Below, piece by piece: positions 49,221 to 59,467 of a stretch of 64,000 nucleotides of DNA; positions within the stretch are counted from its first letter, which is position 1, and each line of letters opens with the position of its first letter. The stretch is from the NCBI GenBank assembly GCA_032654565.1, contig JAULAX010000017.1, positions 544,001 through 608,000 of the forward strand, read 5' to 3'. The stretch comes from Anaeromyxobacteraceae bacterium. GTDB taxonomy: Bacteria > Myxococcota > Myxococcia > Myxococcales > Anaeromyxobacteraceae. Made by a program: the position numbers and the translations under genes. The notes below the pieces were generated by a model. It was given only the letters and a program-made list of their open reading frames with translations, had not been told where the DNA came from and made no database searches.

Positions 49221-50690
49221 ATGCACCACCCCTCCATCACCCCGGGTCGTTTCCCCTGCCCCGGTCCGGCGCGGCGCTGGCCGGCCGCCTGGCTGGCGCT
49301 GGCCCTCTCCGGCTGCAGCCTGGTGCTCCCCACCCGCTACGCCGACCGGCGGCTCGAGGAGCCGCTCCCCACCGGCGAGCGCCCGACGCCGCCCCCCGGG
49401 CCGGCCCCGCAGCCCTCCGCCGGCCCCGAGGCCGGACCGCCGGCCGCCCCGCGCCGCGTCGGTGGGCTGGCCGACCTGCTCGATCTGGCGCTCCGGAACG
49501 ATCCCGGGACCCGCGCCGCCTGGCTCGACGCCCGCGCCGCCGCCGCCACCGCCGGCTCCCGCCGGGCCGCCTGGCTCCCCGCCGCCGACGCCAGCGCCGG
49601 GCTGCAGCGGGTCCAGGTCCCCGGCGCCACCTCCGCCGAGGTCCGCCGCACCGACGCCACCGTCTCGGCGCAGCTCACCTGGCTGCTGCTCGACCTCGGG
49701 GCCCGCGGCGCCTCCCAGGACGAGGCCGAGCGGCTGCTGCTGGCGGCCCGGCTGGCCCACGAGAGCGCCGTGCTCGATCTGGCCCTGCGCGTCGAGGAGG
49801 CCTGGTACGGCTACCAGGCCACCCGGGCGCTGCTGGTCGCCTCGCAGGCCTCGCTGAAGCAGGCCGAGACCAGCCTGGCCGCGGCCGAGGAGCGGCGCAG
49901 CGCCGGCGCCGCCACCGTGGCCGACGTGCTCCAGGCCCGCACCGCCCTCTCCCAGCTCAAGCTCGACGCGCAGCGGGTGGAGGGCCAGGCGGCCGGGCTG
50001 CAGGGGCGGCTGGCCTCGCTGGCCGGCCTGCCGCCCACCGTGGAGCTGGAGGTGCCGCCGCTCCCCGCCGACGTCAACGCCCGCCAGGCCCTGCCGGAGG
50101 TGGAGCGGCTGCTGGAGGAGGCGGCCCGCGCCAACCCCGACCTGGCCCGCGCCCGCGCCCAGGCCGACGCCGCCGAGGCCCGGGCCCGGGCGGTCTCGCG
50201 CGCCGACCTCCCCACCCTCTCCGGCGTGGCCGGCGCCGGGCTCGACTGGCCGCTGGCGCCCGACGGCGACCGCTACGCCACCTGGAACGCCGGGCTGGTG
50301 CTGCGGATCCCGCTCTTCTCCGGCGGCCGGGCCAGCTTCGACGCCGCCAGCGCCCGCGCCACCGCCGCCGCCACCCGGGCCCGCGTCGAGGCCACCGGCC
50401 GCCAGGTGCAGCTCGACGTCTGGACCACCTTCCAGGCGCTCCGCACCGCGGCCCGCCGCGGCGAGACCTCGCGCGACCTGCTGGCCTCGGCCACCGAGGG
50501 GCTGGAGGTGGCCACCGGCCGCTACCGCGAGGGGGTCGGCTCGATCCTCGACCTGCTCACCTCGCAGTCGGCGCTGGCCGGCGCCCACGCCGAAGAGATC
50601 CTGGCCCGCGCCGACTGGCTGCTGGCCATGGCCCGGCTGGCCCGCGCCACCGGCCGCCTCCTCCCCGCCACCGCCGGAGCCGCTCCATGA
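49221..50690 (+). CDS. TolC-family outer membrane efflux lipoprotein
   Basis: LSGC lipobox; two OEP repeats (LALRNDP..., GRYREGVGSILDLL). Start 49206 or 49221; TTGACG-N18-TATGAC lies upstream. Confidence 0.88.
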   Translation: MHHPSITPGRFPCPGPARRWPAAWLALALSGCSLVLPTRYADRRLEEPLPTGERPTPPPGPAPQPSAGPEAGPPAAPRRVGGLADLLDLALRNDPGTRAAWLDARAAAATAGSRRAAWLPAADASAGLQRVQVPGATSAEVRRTDATVSAQLTWLLLDLGARGASQDEAERLLLAARLAHESAVLDLALRVEEAWYGYQATRALLVASQASLKQAETSLAAAEERRSAGAATVADVLQARTALSQLKLDAQRVEGQAAGLQGRLASLAGLPPTVELEVPPLPADVNARQALPEVERLLEEAARANPDLARARAQADAAEARARAVSRADLPTLSGVAGAGLDWPLAPDGDRYATWNAGLVLRIPLFSGGRASFDAASARATAAATRARVEATGRQVQLDVWTTFQALRTAARRGETSRDLLASATEGLEVATGRYREGVGSILDLLTSQSALAGAHAEEILARADWLLAMARLARATGRLLPATAGAAP

Positions 50691-51838
50691 CCCGCCCCAC
50701 CCGCCTCCTCCCGCTGGCGCTCCTGCTCGCAGCCGCCCTCCCCGCCTGCCGGGGCGGCGACGACGCCAGGCGCGCCGTCAAGCCAGTCCAGGTCCGCGTG
50801 GCCACCGCCGTGGAGAAGTCCATGCCGGTCGAGGTGCGGGCCGTGGGCCGGGTGGTGTCGTCGCACTCGGTGGTGGTCCGGCCGCAGGTGACCGGCCAGC
50901 TCATGGCCGCCCGCTTCACCGAGGGGCAGGTGGTCCGCGCCGGCGACCTGCTCCTCGAGCTCGACCGCCGCCCGTTCGAGGCGGCGCTGGCCGAGGCCCG
51001 GGCCAACCTGGCCCGCGACCAGGCCCGCGCCGTGAGCGCCCGCGCCGACGCCACCCGCTACGAGGGGCTGGCCGCCAAGGAGTACGTGACCCGCCAGCAG
51101 GCCGAGGGGGCCCGGGCCAACGCCGGCGCCCTCGACGCCACGCTGGAGGCCGACCGGGCCGCCATCGAGCGGGCCGAGCTCAACCTGGCCTACTGCTCGA
51201 TCCGGGCCCCCATCACCGGCCGGACCGGCCGGCTGCTGGTCCACCCCGGCAACCTGGTCACCGCCGGCAGCCAGGACCTGCTCACCATCGAGCAGCAGCG
51301 GCCGCTGCTGGCCAGCTTCACGCTGCCGGAGCGCCACCTGGCCGCGCTGCGCGCCGCCGGCCCGGGCGCGCTGGTGCTGGTGGAGCCGGCCAGCGGCGGG
51401 CCCGCCTCCCAGGGCGCCGTCGAGTTCATCGACAACGCCGTCGACCAGGCCACCGGCACGGTGCTGGTCAAGGCCACCCTGCCAAACCGGGACGACGCGC
51501 TCTGGCCGGGCCAGGCGGTCGAGGTCCGGGTCCGGCTGGCCGACCGGCCGCGCGCGGTGGTGGTGCCGTCGGCGGCGGTGGCCCAGGGGCAGCAGGGCGA
51601 CTACGCCTGGGCGGTGAAGGACGGCGTCGTCGAGGTCCGCCAGGTGGTGGTGGAGGAGGCCGGCGAGCGCGAGGTGGTGGTGCGCCAGGGGCTGGCCGCC
51701 GGCGACGTGGTGGTGGTCGAGGGGCAGATGAAGCTGGTGCCGGGGGCGCGCGTCGCGCCCATCGCCGCCACCCCGCCCTCCTCGCCGCCGGCGGCTCCGT
51801 CGGTCCCGGCGGTCCCGGCGACGCCGGTGAAGCCGTGA
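50687..51838 (+). CDS. RND efflux periplasmic adaptor (MdtA-like)
   Basis: VRPQVTGQL...FTEGQVV..GDLL, IRAPITGRTG, IDNAVDQATGTV, LWPGQ, GLAAGDVVV. Confidence 0.92.
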   Translation: MTRPTRLLPLALLLAAALPACRGGDDARRAVKPVQVRVATAVEKSMPVEVRAVGRVVSSHSVVVRPQVTGQLMAARFTEGQVVRAGDLLLELDRRPFEAALAEARANLARDQARAVSARADATRYEGLAAKEYVTRQQAEGARANAGALDATLEADRAAIERAELNLAYCSIRAPITGRTGRLLVHPGNLVTAGSQDLLTIEQQRPLLASFTLPERHLAALRAAGPGALVLVEPASGGPASQGAVEFIDNAVDQATGTVLVKATLPNRDDALWPGQAVEVRVRLADRPRAVVVPSAAVAQGQQGDYAWAVKDGVVEVRQVVVEEAGEREVVVRQGLAAGDVVVVEGQMKLVPGARVAPIAATPPSSPPAAPSVPAVPATPVKP

Positions 51839-54800
51839 ACCTCTCCGAACCCTTCATCCGGCGGCCGGTCGCCACCGCGCTGCTCACCGGCTCGCTGATC
51901 GTCTTCGGCGTGGTGGCCTACCGCGAGCTGCCGGTCTCCGACCTGCCAGCGGTCGACTACCCGACCATCCAGGTCTCGGCCTCGCTCCCCGGCGCCAGCC
52001 CGGAGACCATGGCCACCACGGTGGCGGCGCCCCTGGAGCGCCAGTTCTCCGCCATCGCCGGCCTGACCGCCATGAACTCCACGTCCGGGCAGGGGTCGAC
52101 CTCGGTCACCCTGGAGTTCGACCTGGCCCGCAACCTCGACGGCGCCGCGCTCGACGTCCAGTCGGCCATCTCGGCGGCGGGCGGCCAGCTGCCGCCCAAC
52201 CTCCCGGCGGCCCCGACCTACCGCAAGGTCAACCCCGCCGACGAGCCCATCATCTACCTGGCCATCACCTCCCCGACCCTGCCGCTCTCCACGCTCAACC
52301 GCTACGGCCAGGACATCGTGGCCCAGCGGCTGGCCACCATCCCCGGGGTGGCGCAGGTGCAGGTCTTCGGCTCGCAGAAGTACGCGGTCCGGATCCAGGT
52401 CGATCCCCGGGCGCTCTCCTCCCGCGGCATCGGCCTCGACGAGCTGGCCCAGGCCATCCGCGGCCAGAACTCCAACCTGCCCACCGGGGTGGTGCAGGGG
52501 AGCGCGCGCTCCTACACCGTCGAGGCCAGCGGCGGCCTGGAGCGGGCCACCGAGTTCGGCAGCGCCGTGGTGGCCTACCGCAACGGCGCCCCGGTGCGCC
52601 TCGCCGACCTGGGCCGGGTCCGCGACGGCGTCGAGAACGAGAACACCGCCGCCTGGTTCTACCGCGACGGCCAGGAGCGCCGGGCCATCGTGCTGGCGGT
52701 GATGCGCCAGCCCGGCACCAACACCGTGGCCGTGGCCCAGGCCGTCAATGACATGCTGCCGGTGGTCGAGGCCCAGCTCCCCGCCGCCGCCCGGCTCTTC
52801 GTGCTCTACGACCGCGCCATCTCCATCCGCGAGTCGGTGGCCGACGTGAAGTTCACGCTCTGGCTCACCCTGGGGCTGGTGGTGCTGGTCATCTTCGTCT
52901 TCCTGCGCAACCTGCCGGCCACGGTGATCCCGTCGCTGGCGCTGCCGGTCTCGCTGCTCGGCACCTTCGCGCTGATGTGGTGGGCCGGCTACAGCCTCGA
53001 CAACCTCTCGCTGATGGCGCTGACCCTGGCGGTCGGCTTCGTGGTCGACGACGCCATCGTCATGCTGGAGAACGTGGTCCGCCACATGGAGATGGGCAAG
53101 CCGCCCATGCAGGCGGCCCTGGAGGGCTCCCGCGAGGTGGCCTTCACCATCGTCTCCATGACCATCTCGCTGGCGGCGGTCTTCCTCCCCATCCTCTTCA
53201 TGCCCGGGCTGGTGGGCCGGCTCTTCCACGAGTTCGCCGTCACCATCGGCTCGGCCATCCTGGTCTCCGGCGTGGTCTCGCTGACGCTGACGCCGATGCT
53301 CTGCGCCCGCTTCCTGCGCCACGCCCCGCACGCCCAGCGCCACGGCGCCCTCTACCAGTGGACCGAGCGGGGCTTCGAGGCCATCCTCCGCGCCTACGAG
53401 CGCGGCCTGCGCTGGTCGCTCGACCACCCGCGCCTGGTGATGGGCTTCTCCGGCCTGGTGCTGGTCTCCATGGTGCCGCTCTGGATGGCGGTGCCCAAGG
53501 GCTTCCTCCCCACCGACGACACCGGCCGGGTGCGGGTCTCCACCGAGGGGCCGGAGGGGACCAGCTTCGACGCCATGGCCCGGGCCCAGCGGGCTGCCGC
53601 GGCCCAGGTGGCCAGCCAGCCCGAGGTGGAGCAGTTCATGTCCTCGGTGGGCTCGCGCGGCGGCGTCGGCGTCACCCAGGGGAACATGTTCCTCAAGCTC
53701 AAGGACCACCGCCAGCGGCGCCACGTCGACTTCGTGGTCGCCGACCTGCGGGCGCTGATGGCCGGGGTGCCGGGGCTGCGGGTCATCCCCTCGGTGCCGC
53801 CCCCCATCTCGCTGGGCGGCGGCGGCGGCGGGCGCGCCCAGTACACGGTGACGCTGCAGGACGCCGACGTGGCCGGCCTCTACCAGGCGGCGCCGGTCTT
53901 CGAGAAGGCGCTGCGGGCCCTCCCCGAGCTGCAGGACGTCACCAGCGACCTGCGCCTCACCAGCCCGCGGCTCAAGGTGGAGATCGACCGGGATCGGGCG
54001 GCGCTGCTGGGCGTGCCGGCCCAGGCGGTGGAGGAGGCGCTCTACTCCGCCTACGGCTCCCGCCAGGTCTCCACCATCATGGCGCCGGAGGACCAGTACC
54101 AGGTGATCCTGGAGCTGCTCCCCGAGCTGCGCACCGATCCCCAGGCGCTCTCCTGGCTCCACCTGCGCGGCCCGGGCGGCAAGCTGGTCCCGCTCGAGTC
54201 CCTGGCCCGGGTGGAGCGGTCGGTGGGGCCGCTCATCGTCAGCCACGCCGGCCAGCTGCCGGCCGTCAACGTCTCCTTCAACCTCAGGCCGGGGCGGGCC
54301 ATCGGCGACGCGGTCGCCGCCATCGAGAAGACCGCCGCCGCCACCCTCCCGCCCACCGTCACCTCCCGCTTCCAGGGGGCCGCCCAGGCCTTCCGCGACT
54401 CGCTCACCGGCCTCGGGCTGCTGCTGGCGGTCTCCATCCTGGTCATCTACGTGGTGCTGGGGGTGCTCTACGAGAGCTTCGCCCACCCGGTCACCATCCT
54501 CACCGCCCTGCCCTTCGCCGGCTTCGGGGCGCTGGTGACCCTCTGGATCTTCCGCTCCGAGCTCTCGGTCTACGCCTTCGTCGGCATCGTCATGCTGGTC
54601 GGCCTGGTGAAGAAGAACGGCATCATGATGGTCGACTTCGCGCTCGAGGCGCAGCGGGCCGGCAAGTCGGCCCGCGAGGCCATCCACGAGGCCTCGGTGA
54701 CCCGCTTCCGCCCCATCATGATGACCACCATGGCGGCGCTCTTCGGGACCCTGCCGCTGGCCATCGGGATCGGGGCCGGGGCCGACGGGCGCCGGCCGCT

Positions 54801-54921
54801 CGGCCTGGCGGTGGTGGGTGGCCTGGTCTTCTCCCAGTTCCTCACGCTCTACGTGACGCCGGTCTTCTATGTCTTCATCGACCGGTGGCGCCCCACCGCC
54901 AAGCCACCCGGCCGGGCCTAG
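51835..54921 (+). CDS. RND efflux permease (MdtB/MdtC-like)
   Basis: MNLSEPFIRRPVAT, GFVVDDAIVMLEN, GLVKKNGIMMVDFA, RFRPIMMTT. Confidence 0.95.
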   Translation: MNLSEPFIRRPVATALLTGSLIVFGVVAYRELPVSDLPAVDYPTIQVSASLPGASPETMATTVAAPLERQFSAIAGLTAMNSTSGQGSTSVTLEFDLARNLDGAALDVQSAISAAGGQLPPNLPAAPTYRKVNPADEPIIYLAITSPTLPLSTLNRYGQDIVAQRLATIPGVAQVQVFGSQKYAVRIQVDPRALSSRGIGLDELAQAIRGQNSNLPTGVVQGSARSYTVEASGGLERATEFGSAVVAYRNGAPVRLADLGRVRDGVENENTAAWFYRDGQERRAIVLAVMRQPGTNTVAVAQAVNDMLPVVEAQLPAAARLFVLYDRAISIRESVADVKFTLWLTLGLVVLVIFVFLRNLPATVIPSLALPVSLLGTFALMWWAGYSLDNLSLMALTLAVGFVVDDAIVMLENVVRHMEMGKPPMQAALEGSREVAFTIVSMTISLAAVFLPILFMPGLVGRLFHEFAVTIGSAILVSGVVSLTLTPMLCARFLRHAPHAQRHGALYQWTERGFEAILRAYERGLRWSLDHPRLVMGFSGLVLVSMVPLWMAVPKGFLPTDDTGRVRVSTEGPEGTSFDAMARAQRAAAAQVASQPEVEQFMSSVGSRGGVGVTQGNMFLKLKDHRQRRHVDFVVADLRALMAGVPGLRVIPSVPPPISLGGGGGGRAQYTVTLQDADVAGLYQAAPVFEKALRALPELQDVTSDLRLTSPRLKVEIDRDRAALLGVPAQAVEEALYSAYGSRQVSTIMAPEDQYQVILELLPELRTDPQALSWLHLRGPGGKLVPLESLARVERSVGPLIVSHAGQLPAVNVSFNLRPGRAIGDAVAAIEKTAAATLPPTVTSRFQGAAQAFRDSLTGLGLLLAVSILVIYVVLGVLYESFAHPVTILTALPFAGFGALVTLWIFRSELSVYAFVGIVMLVGLVKKNGIMMVDFALEAQRAGKSAREAIHEASVTRFRPIMMTTMAALFGTLPLAIGIGAGADGRRPLGLAVVGGLVFSQFLTLYVTPVFYVFIDRWRPTAKPPGRA

Positions 54922-54934
54922 GCTGTACAAACCA

Positions 54935-54963
54935 TTGACGCTGGCAGGACGCGGGACTAGATC
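54935..54963 (+). promoter_or_regulatory. Sigma70-type promoter of the exbBD-tonB operon
   Basis: TTGACG-N17-TAGATC, ending about 57 nt before ATG 55021. Confidence 0.6.
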
Positions 54964-55020
54964 CCCCGGCAAGTTCGTTCCCGACTTCACTGACCCGAAC
55001 CACTTCAAGGGGTTGAACGC

Positions 55021-55683
55021 ATGTTGACGCAGAAGCTCCTCGACCTGACCGCCGGCTTCGGCGCCGACTGGGTCAACTTCGTCCTCGTCGGCGTCTCGGT
55101 CGTCGGCCTCGGCGTCTTCATCGACCGGATCGTCTTCTACGTCCGGACCGCCGAGCGCTTCCCCGGGCTCAAGGCCGGCTTCTCCTCGGCGCTGGCCGCC
55201 GGCGACCTGAAGGCCGCCCTGCGCGCCGTCGAGGGGGACTCGCTCAGCCGCAACGTGGTCCGGGCCGGGCTGGAGCTGGCCGGGCGCGGCGAGCGGCAGC
55301 CGGCCGCCATCGAGCAGGCCATGCTCGGGCAGCTCTCCGAGGAGCGCGGCCGCTACGAGGCCCGGCTCTCGGTGCTGGCCACCATCGGCAACATCGCCCC
55401 GCTCATCGGGCTGCTCGGCACCGTCATCGGCATCGTCGGCGCCTTCTACGTGCTCGGCAAGGTGGGCACGGTGCAGGCCTCCTCCAACTCGCAGGTGATG
55501 GCCTCCATCGGCGAGGCGCTGGTGGTCACCGGCTTCGGCATCACCGTGGCGGTGCCGGCGGTGGTGGCCTACAACAGCCTCAAGTCCCACGTGAACGGGC
55601 GGCTCAAGCAGGCCGAGGCGCTCAGCCGCGAGCTGGTCGCCAACCTGGCGCGGCTGGACACCGACGGCGGGGCGGGGGGTTAG
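55021..55683 (+). CDS. exbB: MotA/TolQ/ExbB proton channel protein
   Basis: LATIGNIAPLIGLLGTVIGI, IGEALVVTGFGITVAVPAVVAYN. Confidence 0.92.
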   Translation: MLTQKLLDLTAGFGADWVNFVLVGVSVVGLGVFIDRIVFYVRTAERFPGLKAGFSSALAAGDLKAALRAVEGDSLSRNVVRAGLELAGRGERQPAAIEQAMLGQLSEERGRYEARLSVLATIGNIAPLIGLLGTVIGIVGAFYVLGKVGTVQASSNSQVMASIGEALVVTGFGITVAVPAVVAYNSLKSHVNGRLKQAEALSRELVANLARLDTDGGAGG

Positions 55684-55687
55684 CGCC

Positions 55688-56131
55688 GTGGCCGGCGGGA
55701 GCTGGGGCGGCGCCGGGGACGACGAGCTGATCGGCGGGGTCAACGTCACGCCCATCGTCGACGTCTGCCTGACGCTGCTGGTGGTCTTCATCGTCACCGC
55801 CTCGCAGGTGGTCAACCGCTCCATGCCGGTCAACCTGCCCAAGGCGGCCTCGGCGGAGAGCTCGCCGCCGTCGATCGTCAACGTGGCCATCGCCCGCAAC
55901 GGCGACCTCTTCATCAACGGCGCCGCCGCCCGGCTCGAGGACATCCCCCGCGAGGTCGAGGCGGCCCGGGCCCGGGCCACCGCCAGCGGCGTCGAGCCCC
56001 GGCTGGCCGGCTTCGTCTCCGCCGACGTCGACGCCCCGTACGGCAAGTTCGCCGAGGCGGTCGACCGGCTCCGCCTCGCCGGGGTCAGCGACATCGCCCT
56101 CGACACGCAGCCACCCACCACCACGCCGTGA
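55688..56131 (+). CDS. exbD: ExbD/TolR family protein
   Basis: VNVTPIVDVCLTLLVVFIVT, VNLPKA, AD...PYG. Confidence 0.92.
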   Translation: MAGGSWGGAGDDELIGGVNVTPIVDVCLTLLVVFIVTASQVVNRSMPVNLPKAASAESSPPSIVNVAIARNGDLFINGAAARLEDIPREVEAARARATASGVEPRLAGFVSADVDAPYGKFAEAVDRLRLAGVSDIALDTQPPTTTP

Positions 56132-56883
56132 CGTCGGTCCGCGCCACCTTCTGGCCGTCGCTGCTGGCCGCCGGGGTCCTCCACGTCGCCGCCGGCGCCT
56201 GGATCGCGGCGCGGACGCCCCCTCGCCTGCAGGCCCGGCGCCCCCCCACCGCGGTCCGCCTCGTCACCCGGGCGCCGCCGCCGGCCGCCGCCAGGCCCCC
56301 CCCGGCGCCGGTCGCGCCGCCGCTGGTCACCGGCACGTCCAGCGCCCTGGCCCCCCGGCCCGACCGCGCCGCCCCACCGGCCACGCCGGCCGCGCCGCCG
56401 CCCCCTGGCACGCCGCCGCCGCAGCCCCGCCGCTTCGCCGTCTCCATGGACGCCGTGGTCAGCTCCGGGTCCGGCGGCATCGCCATGCCCACCACCTCCG
56501 GGGCCACCGCCGCCCGCGGCAACCCCAACGCCCCGGCCAGCGCGCCGGTCGGCGACAACAGCCCCTTCGCCGCCCGCTCGGTCGACGTCACCGACCTGGA
56601 GCAGGCCCCCCGGCTGCTGCGCCAGCCCTCCCGGCTCGACCTGCGCACCCACTACCCCGAGGCGGCCCGCCGCCAGGGGCTCGAGGCCAACGTCAGGGTG
56701 GAGCTGCTGGTGGACGAGACCGGCGCGGTGCGCGAGCTGCGCATCCTCGACGGCGGCGGCCCCGGCTTCGACGACGCGGTCCGCACCCTCTCCCGGCTGA
56801 TGGCCTTCTCCCCGGGCACCCGCGGCGGCCGCGCCGTGGCGGTGCGCTACGCCTGGACCTTCAAGTTCCGCCTCGACGAGTGA
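56128..56883 (+). CDS. tonB: TonB energy transducer
   Basis: TM with S..H motif, Pro-rich spacer, YPEAARRQGLEANVRVELLVDETGAV C-terminal domain. Confidence 0.9.
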   Translation: MTSVRATFWPSLLAAGVLHVAAGAWIAARTPPRLQARRPPTAVRLVTRAPPPAAARPPPAPVAPPLVTGTSSALAPRPDRAAPPATPAAPPPPGTPPPQPRRFAVSMDAVVSSGSGGIAMPTTSGATAARGNPNAPASAPVGDNSPFAARSVDVTDLEQAPRLLRQPSRLDLRTHYPEAARRQGLEANVRVELLVDETGAVRELRILDGGGPGFDDAVRTLSRLMAFSPGTRGGRAVAVRYAWTFKFRLDE

Positions 56884-56888
56884 GCCCC

Positions 56889-59465
56889 ATGCGCCCATCC
56901 CGAACCCTCCGCGCCGCGCTGCCCCTCCTCGCCGCCCTGCTGGCCACCGCCGCGCGGGCCGCGCCGCCGGAGGCCGAGCCGGTGCTGGCCACGCCGCCCG
57001 CCCTGAAGCTGCTGGTGCCGGCCGAGTTCCCCGACGGCGTGGTCTTCCCCGCCCCCGAGGTGACGGTGGGGCTGGCCATCGACGTGGCCGCCACCGGGGT
57101 GGTGGAGGCGGTGCGGGTGGAGGCCGGGGCCGGAGAACCGTTCGACACCGCCGCCGCGGCCGCCGCCCGGAAGTTCCTCTTCGAGCCGGGGCGGCTCACC
57201 ACCGGCGAGCCGGTGCCGGTCACCGTCAGCTTCCTGATGCGCCTGACGCCGCCCCCGCCGCCGCCGGCCCCGGCCCCGCCGCCCCCGCCGGTCCGCCTCA
57301 CCGGCCGCCTGCTGGAGCGCGGCACCCGCAAGCCGCTGGCCAACGTCTCGGTGGCCGCCCGCGCCGGCGCCGACGCCACCCCGACCCGGGCCACCACCGG
57401 CCCCGACGGCCGCTTCTCGCTGGAGGTGGCCGAGCCGGCCTTCACGCTGGTGGCGGTGCCGGCCGGGCACGACCGGCTCGAGGTGGCCATCCAGGCCGCC
57501 CCGGGCGAGGAGCGCGACGAGACCTACTACCTGGAGCGCTCCGGCGACGGCAACGAGACGGTGGTGAGCGCCAGCCCGGTCCGCCGCGAGATCACCCGCC
57601 AGGTGATCCCGGCCGCCGAGGTGGCCATGGTGGCCGGCACCCAGGGCGACACCATCAAGGCGGTGCTCAACCTGCCGGGCGTGGCCCGCACCTCGTTCGG
57701 CGGCGGCGACCTGATCCTGCGCGGCTCGGCCCCCGGCGACAGCCGGGTCTTCCTGGAGGGACAGGAGATCCCGCTGCTCTACCACTTCGGCGGGCTGCGC
57801 AGCACCGTCAACCCCCGCTTCCTCGAGGCGGTGGAGTTCGTGCCCGGCAACTTCTCCCCCGACTACGGCCGCGCCACCGGCGGCATCATCGAGGTCAAGC
57901 TACGCGACCCGGCCTCGGACATGTTCCGCGGCGAGGCGGGCATCAACTTCTACGACGCCAGCGTCGCCATCGAGGGGCCGCTGGGCGGCGGCTGGGCCGG
58001 GGGCTTCGCCTTCCGCCGCTCCTGGATCGACACCATCCTGCCGGCGGTGCTGCCCAAGGACGGCAACTTCTCCTTCGACTCCGCCCCCCGCTACTACGAC
58101 TACCAGTTCCTGGCGACGCGCAAGCTGGGCGGGCAGTCCTTGCGCCTCCTCTACTTCGGGTCGATGGACAAGCTGGTGGTGATCCTCAAGCGCCCCGCCG
58201 CCGACCCCAAGATCACCGGCACCGTCTCGGCCCGCATCATGTTCCACGCCGTCCAGGGCTCGCTCTCCGGCGAGGTGGTCCCCGGGCTCCGCCACGAGAC
58301 CAGCCTGCAGCTCAGCCTCAACCAGTTCCGCACCTCCTTCGGCCCGCTCTTCTACTTCGACCTGGCCGTGCAGCAGGCGGCGCTGCGCAGCGCCTGGACG
58401 CTCGACCTGGCCCGCGGCCTCCAGGCCCGCGTCGGGGTCGACGCCACCGCGGCCGCCGTCCAGATCTCGCTCAACGCCCCGACCCGCCCCAAGGAGGGCG
58501 AGGTGAACACCCCGGTCTCCACCTCGGCGGTGCAGTCGCTGAAGAAGGACGTCGGCCAGCAGGAGCCGGCCTTCTTCGCCGAGCTGCGCTGGGAGCCGGT
58601 CGCCGGGGTCATGGTCCTGCCCGGCGTCCGCGCCGACTGGTCGAGCACCATCTCCCGCTGGTCGGTGGACCCGCGGCTGGGGGCCCGCTGGGAGGTGGTC
58701 CCCGGCACCGTCCTCAAGGCGGGCGTCGGCCTCTTCCACCAGCCCCCCCAGCCCGACGAGAGCGCCCCCGACGTGGGCAACCCCAACCTGAAGCCCATCG
58801 CCGCGGTCCACACCTCGGCCGGCGTCGAGCAGAAGCTGGGCGACATCTTCGAGGGGGAGCTGACCGGCTACTCCAAGCGGCTCACCGGCCTGGTGGTCCG
58901 CGACCCGGCCTCCAGCTACGACCCGGCCCTGCCCCCCTACGTGAACGAGGGGACCGGCCGGGTCTACGGGCTGGAGGCGACGCTCAAGGCCCGCGCCGGC
59001 GAGACCTTCTTCGGCTCGGTGGCCTACACCGCCCAGCGCGCCTTCCGCAGCGACGGCTTCGGCAAGGCCGAGCGCCGCTTCGACTACGACCAGCCGCACC
59101 TGCTCACCGTGCTGGGGACCTGGAAGTTCGCCCGCAGCTGGAGCCTGGGCGGGCGCTTCCGCTACGTCTCCGGCAACCCCAGCACCCCGGTGACCGGCTC
59201 GGTGCTCGACGCCAGCAGCGGCACCTACGTGCCGACCTACGGCGCCATCAACGCCGACCGGCTCCCCGCCTTCAGCCAGCTCGACGTGCGGCTCGACAAG
59301 AACTGGACCTACCAGACCTGGAAGCTGGGGCTCTACCTCGACGTCCAGAACGTCACCAACCGGGGCAACGTCGAGGGCTACAGGTTCAACTACGACTACC
59401 GGCAGCGCGCCCCCGCCACCGGCCTCCCCATCCTGCCCATCCTCGGCCTCAACGCGGAGTGGTGA
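56889..59465 (+). CDS. TonB-dependent receptor with N-terminal TonB-C-like and carboxypeptidase-regulatory-like domains (myxobacterial type)
   Basis: Signal peptide; FDTAAAAAARKFLFEPG; LTGRLLERGTRKPL; plug LPGV...LILRGS...GRATGGII; barrel end QLDVRLDK...YLDVQNVTN...LGLNAEW. Start 56880 or 56889. Confidence 0.9.
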   Translation: MRPSRTLRAALPLLAALLATAARAAPPEAEPVLATPPALKLLVPAEFPDGVVFPAPEVTVGLAIDVAATGVVEAVRVEAGAGEPFDTAAAAAARKFLFEPGRLTTGEPVPVTVSFLMRLTPPPPPPAPAPPPPPVRLTGRLLERGTRKPLANVSVAARAGADATPTRATTGPDGRFSLEVAEPAFTLVAVPAGHDRLEVAIQAAPGEERDETYYLERSGDGNETVVSASPVRREITRQVIPAAEVAMVAGTQGDTIKAVLNLPGVARTSFGGGDLILRGSAPGDSRVFLEGQEIPLLYHFGGLRSTVNPRFLEAVEFVPGNFSPDYGRATGGIIEVKLRDPASDMFRGEAGINFYDASVAIEGPLGGGWAGGFAFRRSWIDTILPAVLPKDGNFSFDSAPRYYDYQFLATRKLGGQSLRLLYFGSMDKLVVILKRPAADPKITGTVSARIMFHAVQGSLSGEVVPGLRHETSLQLSLNQFRTSFGPLFYFDLAVQQAALRSAWTLDLARGLQARVGVDATAAAVQISLNAPTRPKEGEVNTPVSTSAVQSLKKDVGQQEPAFFAELRWEPVAGVMVLPGVRADWSSTISRWSVDPRLGARWEVVPGTVLKAGVGLFHQPPQPDESAPDVGNPNLKPIAAVHTSAGVEQKLGDIFEGELTGYSKRLTGLVVRDPASSYDPALPPYVNEGTGRVYGLEATLKARAGETFFGSVAYTAQRAFRSDGFGKAERRFDYDQPHLLTVLGTWKFARSWSLGGRFRYVSGNPSTPVTGSVLDASSGTYVPTYGAINADRLPAFSQLDVRLDKNWTYQTWKLGLYLDVQNVTNRGNVEGYRFNYDYRQRAPATGLPILPILGLNAEW

Positions 59466-59467
59466 CC

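Noticed and set aside
49221..54921. RND/TolC system as exporter of the giant cytochromes
   Set aside because: Ordinary MdtABC-like small-molecule efflux architecture; the cytochromes have Sec/lipoprotein signals and mature in the periplasm.
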